A DNA stretch of 46,747 bases from an uncultured Lachnospiraceae bacterium (GTDB lineage Bacteria; Bacillota; Clostridia; Lachnospirales; Lachnospiraceae): positions 1-46,747 of the forward strand of contig CANQEC010000001.1 of the NCBI GenBank assembly GCA_947594335.1, in the 5' to 3' direction. How positions within the stretch are numbered: the first letter of the stretch is position 1; the number at the start of each line of letters is the position of its first letter. A program made the position numbers and the translations under genes. The notes below the pieces were generated by a model. It was not told the origin of the DNA. It was given only the letters and a program-made list of their open reading frames with translations, and did not search any database. Positions 27,501 through 35,552 of this stretch are shown in pieces.

Positions 27501-28482
27501 CGGCGGTTCTGGTACGGAGGGAAACGCGGCAGGGTCCGGCGCAGCTCCGGACGGAAAATCCGCGGCGGATGGAACCGCAGATCCAATGGCGTACATTTTC
27601 GCGGGGAAAGAAGGAACAGGCTCTTGCGAAAACGGCTGCTATCTCCCGAAGGAGCTGTACGTGTGCAGACATAAAGTCGCGAAACCGCGCGTATTCATCC
27701 CGGTATTTCCGGGCACAAACTGCGAGTACGACAGCACGAAGGCGTTTGAGCGCGCGGGCGCTGAGGTTGACGTCAAAGTCTTCCGCAATCTGACGGCCGA
27801 GGATATCCGCGATTCCGTGGAGGTCTTTGAGAAGGCGATCGGACAGGCGCAGATCATCATGTTCCCGGGAGGCTTCTCCGCGGGCGACGAGCCGGACGGC
27901 TCCGCGAAGTTCTTTGCGACGGCCTTCCAGAATGAGAAGATCAAAGAGGCGGTCACAAAGCTGCTGAATGAGCGGGACGGGCTTGCGCTCGGTATCTGCA
28001 ACGGCTTCCAGGCGCTGATCAAGCTCGGGCTTGTGCCGTACGGAAAGATCGCCGGACAGACGGCGGATTCGCCGACGCTGACCTTTAATACGATCGGACG
28101 CCACATTTCCAAAATGGTATATCTGAAGGTTGTATCCAAAAAGTCGCCGTGGCTTATGGGCGCCGCGGCAGGAGGGGTTTATACGAATCCGGCTTCCCAT
28201 GGAGAAGGACGTTTTGTGGCGAACAAGGAGTGGCTGCAGAAGCTGTTCGCGAACGGTCAGGTGGCCACGCAGTACTGCGATGCGGACGGAAATATCTGTG
28301 TCAGCGATGAAGAGTGGAATATCAACGGTTCTTACCTTGCGATTGAGGGAATCACAAGTCCGGACGGACGCGTGCTTGGCAAGATGGCGCACTCGGAGAG
28401 ACGCGGAGATCTCGTCGCGGTAAATATTTACGGGGAACAGGATTTAAGGATTTTTGAGTCGGGAGTATCATACTTTAAATAA
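24568..28482 (+). CDS. purL: Phosphoribosylformylglycinamidine synthase (large fused form)
   Basis: YWSDHCRH, KNETHNHP, DFGAGG, SESQERM, GGKDSMS; glutaminase domain PGTNCE, LGICNGFQ, SHGEG and HSER. Confidence 0.97.
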   Translation: MSNVRRVYVEKKSDFAVAAKGLTHEVKSYLGVNGLSQIRVLIRYDVENISDEVYQAACRTVFAEPPVDDLYEETFPMGEKDRAFAVEYLPGQFDQRADSAVQCVRFLKEDEEPIIRSATTYVVSGEVTDEEFEAIRNHCINPVDSREAGFEKPETLVTKFDEPADVIIFDGFTGMEEGKLKELYRSLNLAMTFKDFLHIQNYFKNEEKRDPSMTEIRVLDTYWSDHCRHTTFSTELKDVTFADGYYRAPIEGTYQKYLADRAEIYGDRKDKFVCLMDLALMAMKKLKKEGKLQDQEESDEINACSIVVPVEVDGKTEEWLVNFKNETHNHPTEIEPFGGAATCLGGAIRDPLSGRTYVYQAMRVTGAADPTVSVKDTLKGKLPQKKLVREAAHGYSSYGNQIGLATGYVKEIYHPSYVAKRMEIGAVMGAAPRRAVIRENSDPGDIIILLGGRTGRDGIGGATGSSKVHTEASIEVCGAEVQKGNAPTERKIQRLFRREEVSRIIKKCNDFGAGGVSVAIGELAPGLHIDLDKVPKKYAGLDGTELAISESQERMAVVVDPKDVKEFMGYAAEENLEAVEVAVVTKEPRLVLFWRDKEIVNISRAFLDTNGAHQETSAAVDMPSETEKYFVREEVPDVRAKWLETLSDLNCCSQKGLVEMFDSSIGAGSVFMPYGGKYQLTETQTMVAKLPVMEGKTDTVTMMSYGFDPYLSSWSPYHGAQYAVLESVARIVSNGGDYRKIRFTFQEYFRRMTEDPRRWSQPVAALLGAYEAQIRFGLPSIGGKDSMSGSFNEIDVPPTLVSFAVDIADGKEIITPELKRPGSRLVLVKAPRDAYDLPVYDEIMEQYAKFREDILAGRIISAYALDGKGLAAAVSKMAFGNGLGFKIEHNIDERDLFTAGFGDIVAEVPDGQVGNLAVTYTVVGEVTDKGLFEYKNMSIPIDEALAAWKGTLERVFRTDSGIPTVGGGLDLDGKPAAGGGSGTEGNAAGSGAAPDGKSAADGTADPMAYIFAGKEGTGSCENGCYLPKELYVCRHKVAKPRVFIPVFPGTNCEYDSTKAFERAGAEVDVKVFRNLTAEDIRDSVEVFEKAIGQAQIIMFPGGFSAGDEPDGSAKFFATAFQNEKIKEAVTKLLNERDGLALGICNGFQALIKLGLVPYGKIAGQTADSPTLTFNTIGRHISKMVYLKVVSKKSPWLMGAAAGGVYTNPASHGEGRFVANKEWLQKLFANGQVATQYCDADGNICVSDEEWNINGSYLAIEGITSPDGRVLGKMAHSERRGDLVAVNIYGEQDLRIFESGVSYFK

Positions 28483-31400
28483 TGAAAAAGACAAGAATTA
28501 CGGCAGGCAGCGTCGATGAGCTGATGGAGATTGTCCGGGCCGTTCAGAACGGGGAAGATCCGGACATAGATAAAATACGGGAAGAACAGCGGAAGAAAAG
28601 AGAAGAACAGCTGTTGGAGAGGCGAAGAAAGAAGAACCAGGATTCTGCAGGTCCCAAGGGACCGGCAGGATCTTCCCGCACGTCTGAGAGAAAGAAAAAA
28701 GAAGAAATAATCTGGGACGATGAAGAGGAACAGGAAGAAGGTTCCCGGGAATCGTCTGCGCAGGATAAAAAAGACGCGGGGGAAGAGAAGAGAAAAGAAC
28801 AGGTTCCGGAAGCTGCCGCCGATGAATTTTCCTGGCCCCGGTTTGATCCAAAAGAGATACTTGCAAAAAAGGGCGAAGAGGAGGACAAAAAGCCGGAAGC
28901 GGCAGACGACGCAAAAACCGGCGGAGCCGAATCCGATGGGCCTGACGAAAAGACCGGGACGCAGGACAAAGAACAGCCCGAAGATGACGGTAAAAGGACC
29001 ATATTCGGTCTGCGCTGGCGAAACTGGGAACCGGACGACGAGGAGGAAGACGAATCGCAGGAGGATAGTCCGGATGATCAGGACAATGCGGATTCCGTGA
29101 AAAACCCAAAATCAGATAAAACGGATATCTGGCAGGACGATGAGGACTTTGACGATGATGAGTTCGAACGGATGCTGGCAGAGGATAACACGGAGGAGGA
29201 ATTCCTAAAAAGCAGGGAGACGGTGACGGCCTTCACCTCAAAAGCAGTCTCCATGCTCGGGGAACTGCGCAAAAAAGCAGGCAGCGCGGCCGCCAAAGGC
29301 AGGGAGAGGGCTAAAAAACGCGCGGAGGAATCGGACAAATCCCCGAAATTCCCAAAGGATGAAAGACCCGGGCGAAAGGAAGCGGAGATACAGCCGGAAA
29401 TACAGCCGGAAATACAGCCGGATGGGAAGGCAAATTTTGACCGCGCCCACATGAGAAGCCTGGAAAGAGCTCTTCTGCGGCGGCGCAGCGAGGATGACGA
29501 GTTTGATTTCGAGGAAGATGCGGGAAGCTCCGGAACGATAGAAGACGTTGAAAACTCTGCAAAACCGGCATCGGAACCAGGGCAGAACAGCTCGCGGGAA
29601 CCGGAGTCGTCCGAAGAAAGGCAGAGCAGCTCAAGGGAACCGGAGCCGTCCCGGGAGAGGCAGAGCAGCCCGAGGGAACCGGAGATGCCCTGGGAGAGGC
29701 AGAGCAGTTCAAGGGAACCGGAAAGATCCGGGGAGAGGCGGAGCAGCTCAAGGGAACCGGAGCCGTCCGGGGAGGAACAAAGCAGCTCTGAGGATTCGGG
29801 ACGGAAGCTCTCGGGGGAAGAGCGGCGGATCGGCCGCCTTCCCGGGGAAAACAGAAGCAGAGGGAAAAAGACTCCGCCCGCAAAACGGGGAAGATCCGGC
29901 CGGGGAAGAAAAAGCGCAGGCCGGCTGCCGGAGGGCGTATCGTCTCTGCTGTACTCGGTGCGAAGCCGTCTCGGGGACGCGTACAGCGCCCTGGAGCAGC
30001 GCGGCATACATAAACGGGAAATGGCAATGCTCGGAATCGTTCTGCTGTTTATTCTGCTGATCCTGTTCTTTCTTGTGACCGCGGTTCAGAATTTCTTCAG
30101 CCAGAAACAAAAGAGCAGAAATGTGACGGCGGAAGAAGGTCTGACGGTTACCGTGGAGGATGAGCCGCAGGACTGGGTCTCCTCATATCCTGTGAAGCTG
30201 AAAATCCAAAGCAGGTCGGGCACCGTATCTTCCGTGATGATTAACGGCGTATCCTGTGCGCCGGACGAGGACGGCATGGTCACCTGGGAGACCGGAGACT
30301 GGCGTCTCCAGATTCAGGTGACGACGGAGAACGGAGAAAAAACGGCGCGGGCCGAAATTCCGATGATCGACGGAGATGCGCCGGATCTGGATATGAAACT
30401 GGACGGGGATACGATCACCCTTTCCGCGTCGGATACACGCTCCCAGCTGGAAGGGATTTACTATGCTGTGGAAGATCCCGGCAGGTATCCGCAGCTTCCT
30501 CTGTACAAAAAATACGAGGAGCCGCTTACCTATGAGAAAGGAATGACTTACCGGTTCTTTGCGAAGGATAAGGCGGGGAATGTCTCCACGCCGGTTGTGA
30601 CAACGCTGGAGGACGCGGAATCTTTTACGCTGGGACAGACGAAGCTCTCCCTGTTTCCGGATGAGACGGGCAGCCTGAGCGTGGAGGCCCGGCCGGCAGG
30701 AGCGCTGCTTCGGAATCTGAAATTCGAATCGACGGATACCTCCGTGGTGACCGTGGAAGAAAACGGCAAGGTAACGGCGAAAGGCGAGGGAACTGCCGAG
30801 ATCCATGTCAGCGCCGACGGGATGGAAAGTCAGGTCTGCCCTGTCACAGTCTCCAGGGAGCGGTCGGTTCTTGTCAGCGCCATCGGAGACTGTACGCTTG
30901 GCTCGGATGAATCGTTTAATACCACGACCAGCTTCGACGCGTTTGACGCGGTGAACGGCCACGCTTATTTCTTTCAGAATGTAAAGGATATCCTCGAAAA
31001 TGATGATGTGACATTTGCCAATTTTGAGGGGACGCTGACGGACTCCACGGCGCGGGAGCAGAAGCAGTTTGCGTTTAAGGGCGATCCGTCCTACACGGAG
31101 ATTCTGAAGGACGGTTCCGTGGAAGTTGTGACGCTGGCGAACAACCACAGCAGGGACTATGGGGAACAGAGTCTGGAGGATACGAAGGAGGCCTTAAAAG
31201 AGGCAGGGATCGATTACTGCACGGGCGATGAGATCGTCATCCGCGAAGTCAACGGCGTGCCGGTGGCGTTTATCGGGATTTATGTGCTTGACATAGGCCT
31301 GGAGGTGCAGAGTCAGGTGGCCGAGACGATCCTGCGGGCGCGTCAGCTCGGCGCAAAGATCGTGATTGTGGCGTTCCACTGGGGCAGCGAGAAGGCGACG

Positions 31401-31790
31401 ACGCCTGATGAGACGCAGCGGACGCTGGCCCACACCGCGATCGACAGAGGGGCGGACCTGGTTGTCGGGCACCATCCCCACGTGCTTCAGGGAATTGAGA
31501 AATACAAGGAGAAATATATTGTTTACAGTCTGGCCAATTTCTGCTTCGGCGGGAACAGTTCGCCGTCCGATATGGATACGATGATATTCCGGCAGAATTT
31601 CACGGTAAGCCAGGACGGGACGGTGGAAAACGGAGAAATATCCATCGTTCCATGCAGTGTAAGTTCAGAAAGCGGGTATAATAATTATCAGCCGACTCCG
31701 GTATCGGGGGATGAGGCGGACAGGATTATCGGCCGCCTGAACGAGTACAGCGCGGAATTTGGACAGACCTATACGGCGGCCGGACAGTAG
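28482..31790 (+). CDS. CapA/PGA_cap metallophosphoesterase-family membrane protein with Ig-like domain and ~510-aa low-complexity N-terminus
   Basis: One TM (MLGIVLLFILLILFFLV); Big_2-like 'FESTDTSVVTVEENGKVTAKGEGTAEI'; GDCTLG, ANFEG, LANNH, FHWG, GHHPH and YSLANF; TAATG overlap with purL. Confidence 0.85.
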   Translation: MKKTRITAGSVDELMEIVRAVQNGEDPDIDKIREEQRKKREEQLLERRRKKNQDSAGPKGPAGSSRTSERKKKEEIIWDDEEEQEEGSRESSAQDKKDAGEEKRKEQVPEAAADEFSWPRFDPKEILAKKGEEEDKKPEAADDAKTGGAESDGPDEKTGTQDKEQPEDDGKRTIFGLRWRNWEPDDEEEDESQEDSPDDQDNADSVKNPKSDKTDIWQDDEDFDDDEFERMLAEDNTEEEFLKSRETVTAFTSKAVSMLGELRKKAGSAAAKGRERAKKRAEESDKSPKFPKDERPGRKEAEIQPEIQPEIQPDGKANFDRAHMRSLERALLRRRSEDDEFDFEEDAGSSGTIEDVENSAKPASEPGQNSSREPESSEERQSSSREPEPSRERQSSPREPEMPWERQSSSREPERSGERRSSSREPEPSGEEQSSSEDSGRKLSGEERRIGRLPGENRSRGKKTPPAKRGRSGRGRKSAGRLPEGVSSLLYSVRSRLGDAYSALEQRGIHKREMAMLGIVLLFILLILFFLVTAVQNFFSQKQKSRNVTAEEGLTVTVEDEPQDWVSSYPVKLKIQSRSGTVSSVMINGVSCAPDEDGMVTWETGDWRLQIQVTTENGEKTARAEIPMIDGDAPDLDMKLDGDTITLSASDTRSQLEGIYYAVEDPGRYPQLPLYKKYEEPLTYEKGMTYRFFAKDKAGNVSTPVVTTLEDAESFTLGQTKLSLFPDETGSLSVEARPAGALLRNLKFESTDTSVVTVEENGKVTAKGEGTAEIHVSADGMESQVCPVTVSRERSVLVSAIGDCTLGSDESFNTTTSFDAFDAVNGHAYFFQNVKDILENDDVTFANFEGTLTDSTAREQKQFAFKGDPSYTEILKDGSVEVVTLANNHSRDYGEQSLEDTKEALKEAGIDYCTGDEIVIREVNGVPVAFIGIYVLDIGLEVQSQVAETILRARQLGAKIVIVAFHWGSEKATTPDETQRTLAHTAIDRGADLVVGHHPHVLQGIEKYKEKYIVYSLANFCFGGNSSPSDMDTMIFRQNFTVSQDGTVENGEISIVPCSVSSESGYNNYQPTPVSGDEADRIIGRLNEYSAEFGQTYTAAGQ
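29581..29788 (+). repeat. In-frame 39-bp (13-aa) tandem repeat x5 plus a partial unit
   Basis: ggcagagcagctcaagggaaccggag... units at 29581, 29620, 29659, 29698 and 29737, encoding QSSSREPEPSRER-like repeats. Confidence 0.92.
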
Positions 31791-31820
31791 ACGTTCCTGC
31801 CGCGGTCTGGTTTTGCTTAT

Positions 31821-31863
31821 ACAGGAGAAAACGCAACAAATCGTTGCATTTTCTCCTGTTTTT
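31821..31863 (+). terminator. Rho-independent terminator
   Basis: acaggagaaaacgcaac-aaatc-gttgcattttctcctgt-tttt. Confidence 0.7.
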
Positions 31864-31945
31864 GCCCTCAGAAAGAAGCGAAAAAGTGTATACAAAATGG
31901 TGCCAGTAATATATAAAATAAAATGACACTAAATGATGCACTTGG

Positions 31946-31974
31946 TTGAAAAAAATATGTACATATGCTATCCT
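31946..31974 (+). promoter_or_regulatory. Sigma-A-like promoter with a palindrome in its spacer
   Basis: TTGAAA-17 bp-TATCCT with extended TG; perfect palindrome ATATGTACATAT at 31955-31966. Confidence 0.55.
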
Positions 31975-32041
31975 TTAAATGAACCGGGGATGGTACAGGT
32001 AATCATATTTTGCAGGTTTCATTTTGAGGGGGGATTCCGTT

Positions 32042-32584
32042 ATGGCACATCTTGCAGGGCAGCTGCCCTTCTATTATTACGTTTTACAGGGGCGTCCTAA
32101 TGTTCTTGCTGATGAACGGGACAAGAAAAAGTTACTTGATATTGTCCTCGGTGTTCAGCAGGCGCATGAGCTGGAACTATACGCCTTCTGCATCACAAAC
32201 GAGGAGATCTGCCTGATGCTGGGCGCTGAAACCCAGGCAGAAATTAATAAGGGGATCCGTCAGCTTATCTCAGAGTTTGCGCTTCGGCAGATTGATGGCC
32301 GCAAACCAGCCGGGGGGCGCGGATCAGGAGAAAAGCTGACGGTCGTACAAAAGAGGAAACTGAGATCCCAGCAGGAGGTCAGAATCCAGTGCAGGGCAAT
32401 CCACACGCTTCCTGTGTCGAAAGGGTATGTGACACAGGTGAAGGATTACTGGTGGAGCAGCTATCAGACTTATCTCGGTTACTACGACTGGGAGCAGGTA
32501 AGCTGCAGCGCCGTGCTGAGAATGTTTTCTGATGATGCCGCGGCCGCCCGGAGGCAGCTGCGCCGTTTTCACGGATTTGTATGA
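32042..32584 (+). CDS. RAYT/IS200-like (Y1 HUH transposase fold) protein lacking catalytic residues
   Basis: 'LYAFCITNEEICLML' aligns to LhAYclMxNHxHLl; 'RAIHTLPVSKGYV..VKDYWWSSYQTYLG' aligns to RYIHxNPVrAGmV..peDYxWSSYxxYlG. Intact ORF with GAGGGGG RBS. Confidence 0.75.
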   Translation: MAHLAGQLPFYYYVLQGRPNVLADERDKKKLLDIVLGVQQAHELELYAFCITNEEICLMLGAETQAEINKGIRQLISEFALRQIDGRKPAGGRGSGEKLTVVQKRKLRSQQEVRIQCRAIHTLPVSKGYVTQVKDYWWSSYQTYLGYYDWEQVSCSAVLRMFSDDAAAARRQLRRFHGFV

Positions 32585-32705
32585 GGAAAAAATCTGTCCG
32601 TGAAGCTGGGGAAACGACGTATCATTGCCCTGACATCTGTTAATAACGTAAAAAAGAGAAAAATATGACGCGAAAAAATAAATTTCTTAAAAAATTCGAA
32701 ATATC

Positions 32706-32734
32706 ATGACAAAGAGAAAGAAAGGTGATAGAAT
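32706..32734 (+). promoter_or_regulatory. Sigma-A promoter
   Basis: ATGACA-17 bp-TAGAAT with extended TG. Confidence 0.6.
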
Positions 32735-32797
32735 GTGGTATGCTGTAAGGGAAAGTTTCAGGATGCAACTTAAAAAGCAATGCCAGGGAGTAATGAA

Positions 32798-33514
32798 ATG
32801 AAGGAAGAAAATCTGGAAGAAAAGCTGATAAAGATAAAAAACTGGTTCAGGAAATATCCGGTTATGATCGCGATCCTGTATACGGTTTTTTATCTTTTGG
32901 CGTTTGCGTGGCTGGAGGCCAACGTCGTACCCAAGTACATCATTCACTGCAGGCTGGATGAGATGATTCCGTTTTGCGAGGTATTCATCATTCCTTATGT
33001 GTTCTGGTTCGCGTATATACCGCTTGTGTTCATCTGGTTTCTGCGCCGGGGCTGGGAAGACTACTCCAAACTGTGCCTGATGGTATTTTCAGGCCTCACG
33101 ATCTGTCTCGGGATTTATTATATATTCCCGACAGGACTGAATCTGCGGCTTGCAAACAGTGAACACGAGACAGGATTTCTCTACAATATGGTGAGTTATC
33201 TCCGCGCGATCGATACGCCGACGAATGTCTGTCCCTCGATTCATGTCATGAACACAGTCATGATATTCCAGGCGGTCTGCAGTCTTAAGGATCTGAAGCA
33301 CAGAAGGCTTACGATCGCTGTTCACTTTGTGATCATGGTTCTGATCTGTGCATCCACGGTATTTCTGGATCAGCACTCTCTTGTGGATGTTGTCTGCGGA
33401 GCTATGATGAGCGTCGTTATGCACGGACTGGTTTATCAGGTCGAGTGGAAGGAAGAACTCGCGCGCAGAAGAGCAAAAGGAAAGGCAAAGGCGAATGTCG
33501 GACGCGTTTCCTGA
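32798..33514 (+). CDS. PAP2-superfamily membrane phosphatase/phosphoesterase
   Basis: 'DEMIPFCEVFIIPY', 'NVCPSIHV', 'STVFLDQHSLVDV'; multiple TMs. Confidence 0.88.
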   Translation: MKEENLEEKLIKIKNWFRKYPVMIAILYTVFYLLAFAWLEANVVPKYIIHCRLDEMIPFCEVFIIPYVFWFAYIPLVFIWFLRRGWEDYSKLCLMVFSGLTICLGIYYIFPTGLNLRLANSEHETGFLYNMVSYLRAIDTPTNVCPSIHVMNTVMIFQAVCSLKDLKHRRLTIAVHFVIMVLICASTVFLDQHSLVDVVCGAMMSVVMHGLVYQVEWKEELARRRAKGKAKANVGRVS

Positions 33515-33563
33515 ACCGGGAATTTGGGGATTTCAAAAAATTTGAAAAATTTAAAAAAAGTGC

Positions 33564-33592
33564 TTGCAATTTTCGCCGTGGTAGGTTATAAT
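33564..33592 (+). promoter_or_regulatory. Strong sigma-A promoter of the tRNA with A-tract UP element
   Basis: TTGCAA-17 bp-TATAAT preceded by phased A/T tracts. Confidence 0.85.
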
Positions 33593-33611
33593 TCCTCTTG
33601 CGTGTGAATAA

Positions 33612-33683
33612 AGGGCTATCGCCAAACGGTAAGGCAACGGACTCTGACTCCGTCATTTCAAGGTTCGAATCCTTGTAGCCCTG
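33612..33683 (+). tRNA. tRNA-Gln (anticodon CTG)
   Basis: Acceptor AGGGCTA/TAGCCCT plus G; D arm GCC..GGTAAGGC; anticodon arm ACGGA-CTCTGAC-TCCGT; T arm CAAGG-TTCGAAT-CCTTG; CCA not encoded. Confidence 0.96.
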
Positions 33684-33687
33684 CTCA

Positions 33688-33715
33688 GAGAGTACCCGGG
33701 AGGGTGCTCTTTTTT
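33688..33715 (+). terminator. tRNA terminator
   Basis: gagagtaccc-gga-gggtgctct-ttttt. Confidence 0.8.
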
Positions 33716-33849
33716 GCGCAGGCCTGCGTAAGGAAGATAGCTGCTGGCGCAGCACGCAGGCCGCGCAGCGGACAGGAGGAAAATCTCCTCCTGCCCGATT
33801 ATAACAGGCCTGCATAAGGAAAACAGCTGCTGGCGCAGCACGCAGACCC
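33716..33849 (+). repeat. Dispersed two-hairpin repeat, copy C (1.5 units)
   Basis: gcgcaggcctgcgt-aaggaagata-gctgctggcgcagc-acgcaggccgcgca-gcggacaggaggaaaatctcctcctgcccgat, then a second hairpin-1 at 33805-33849. Confidence 0.9.
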
Positions 33850-33879
33850 AACAAAATTTTCTGAGAGGATGGCTGCAGC

Positions 33880-34596
33880 ATGAGCTATGAATTTGAGAGC
33901 AGGATCCGGTACAGCGAGACCGGCATGGACAGAAAACTGACTCTGGTGTCTATGGTCGATTATTTTCAGGACTGTACGACTTTTCACTCGGAGGTGTGCG
34001 GCCACGGAATTGATTTTGTGGAAGGGCAGGGCTGTGCGTGGATGCTGCTGTCGTGGCAGATCGATATAGCGCGCTATCCTGTGCTCGGCGATACCGTCCG
34101 GATCTGGACGGCGCCGTATGCGTTCAAGGGATTTTTTGGATACAGGAATTTTGCCCTGATCGGCGAGGACGGGACGTATCTGGCAAAGGCAAACAGTGTC
34201 TGGGTTTTTATGGACAGAAAAGCGGAGAGACCCTGCAGGATACTGCCGGAACATATATCGGGATACGGACAGGATGAAAAGCTGGAGATGGAATATCTTT
34301 CAAGGAAGATTCAGATCCCGCCCGGAGGGGAGAAAAAAGAGGCTTTTCAGGTTCACAGGTATCAGATCGACACGAACAATCACGTAAACAACGGACAGTA
34401 CATCAGAATGGCCGAGGAATATCTGCCGGAGGGAGTCTGTGTGTCAAGGCTGCGTGTGGAATACAGGCAGCAGGCGTATGTGAATGACACGATTGTTCCG
34501 GTGGTGCAGTCCGCGGACGGGGAGACGCTGGTTTCCCTGTGCGGTCTGGATGAAAAGCCGTACGCGGTGGTAAGCTTTACTCATCATAATATTTAA
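33880..34596 (+). CDS. Acyl-ACP thioesterase (double hot-dog)
   Basis: 'RIRYSE', 'DYFQD', 'FGYRNF', catalytic 'IDTNNHVNNGQY'. Confidence 0.92.
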   Translation: MSYEFESRIRYSETGMDRKLTLVSMVDYFQDCTTFHSEVCGHGIDFVEGQGCAWMLLSWQIDIARYPVLGDTVRIWTAPYAFKGFFGYRNFALIGEDGTYLAKANSVWVFMDRKAERPCRILPEHISGYGQDEKLEMEYLSRKIQIPPGGEKKEAFQVHRYQIDTNNHVNNGQYIRMAEEYLPEGVCVSRLRVEYRQQAYVNDTIVPVVQSADGETLVSLCGLDEKPYAVVSFTHHNI

Positions 34597-34642
34597 TGTG
34601 AAAGCCCCGGGCGGGTTCTGAAATAAACCATAAGGAGAAGCC

Positions 34643-35479
34643 ATGCTGTTATTAGGAGAAAAACAGGAATTGATCGTAGTAAAGCCGGTGACGTTCGGAG
34701 TTTACCTCTCGGATGCGCCGGACGGGAAAGAGAGGGTTCTGCTTCCCGGGAAAGAGGTGCCGGAAGGAACCAGGGCGGGCGATGTCCTGCAGGTATTCCT
34801 GTATAAGGATTCAAAGGACAGGCTGATCGCGACAACGAGGGAACCGGCGCTCACGCTTGGAAAAACAGCGGTACTTACAGTCCGGGAGATCTCAAAAATC
34901 GGGGCATTCCTTGACTGGGGACTTGAGAAAGATCTTCTGCTTCCTTTCCGGGAACAGACGGCAAAGCTTGAGGCCGGCGACAGCTGCCTGGCCGCTTTGT
35001 ATATTGACAAGAGCAGCCGCCTCTGCGCGACGATGAAGGTATACCATTATCTGGAGAAAAAATCCCCCTACAAAGCGGGAGATCAGGTGGACGGCCGCGT
35101 ATATGAGATCAGCGGAAATTTCGGCGCGTTTGTCGCCGTGGACGACAGATATACGGCGCTGATCCCGGCGAGGGAGGTTCCGACGGGGATAAAGGCAGGC
35201 GATCTCATCCATGCCCGGGTGACCGGCGTGAAGGAGGATGGAAAGCTGGATCTGAGCATCCGCGAGAAAGCCTATCTGCAGATCGACGAGGACGCGGAGA
35301 ATATCATGCAGGTGATCGACGAGTTTGAAGGAGTTCTCCCGTTTAACGATAAGGTGTCGCCGGAAATTATAAAAAGAGAGTTTGGACTGAGCAAAAACGC
35401 GTTTAAGCGGGCAGTCGGCAGACTGCTGAAACAGGGACGGATCGAGATTGAGGAAAACAGGATCCGCAGGATCAGATAG
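34643..35479 (+). CDS. cvfB: CvfB/YitL-family S1 RNA-binding protein
   Basis: 'FGVYL', 'VLLP', 'FLYKDSKDRLIATT', 'GAFLDWGLEKDLLLPFREQ', 'SKNAFKRAVGRL'. Confidence 0.9.
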   Translation: MLLLGEKQELIVVKPVTFGVYLSDAPDGKERVLLPGKEVPEGTRAGDVLQVFLYKDSKDRLIATTREPALTLGKTAVLTVREISKIGAFLDWGLEKDLLLPFREQTAKLEAGDSCLAALYIDKSSRLCATMKVYHYLEKKSPYKAGDQVDGRVYEISGNFGAFVAVDDRYTALIPAREVPTGIKAGDLIHARVTGVKEDGKLDLSIREKAYLQIDEDAENIMQVIDEFEGVLPFNDKVSPEIIKREFGLSKNAFKRAVGRLLKQGRIEIEENRIRRIR

Positions 35480-35552
35480 GACACGCAGAGTCCGCCTGGT
35501 CTGAAGACGGCCTGCCGGTCTCTGCTATGAGATCGGACTTATAGAGGAGAAT

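Noticed and set aside
29581-29788. 39-bp periodic repeats resembling a CRISPR array
   Set aside because: They are in-frame coding repeats with no unique spacers, and there are no cas genes.
32042-32584. Active IS200/IS605 element
   Set aside because: Catalytic HUH and Tyr are absent, with no tnpB and no recognisable paired subterminal ends.
33612-33849. tRNA-Gln as the attachment site of an integrated element
   Set aside because: No integrase, no duplicated tRNA 3' end, and the flanking genes are housekeeping.
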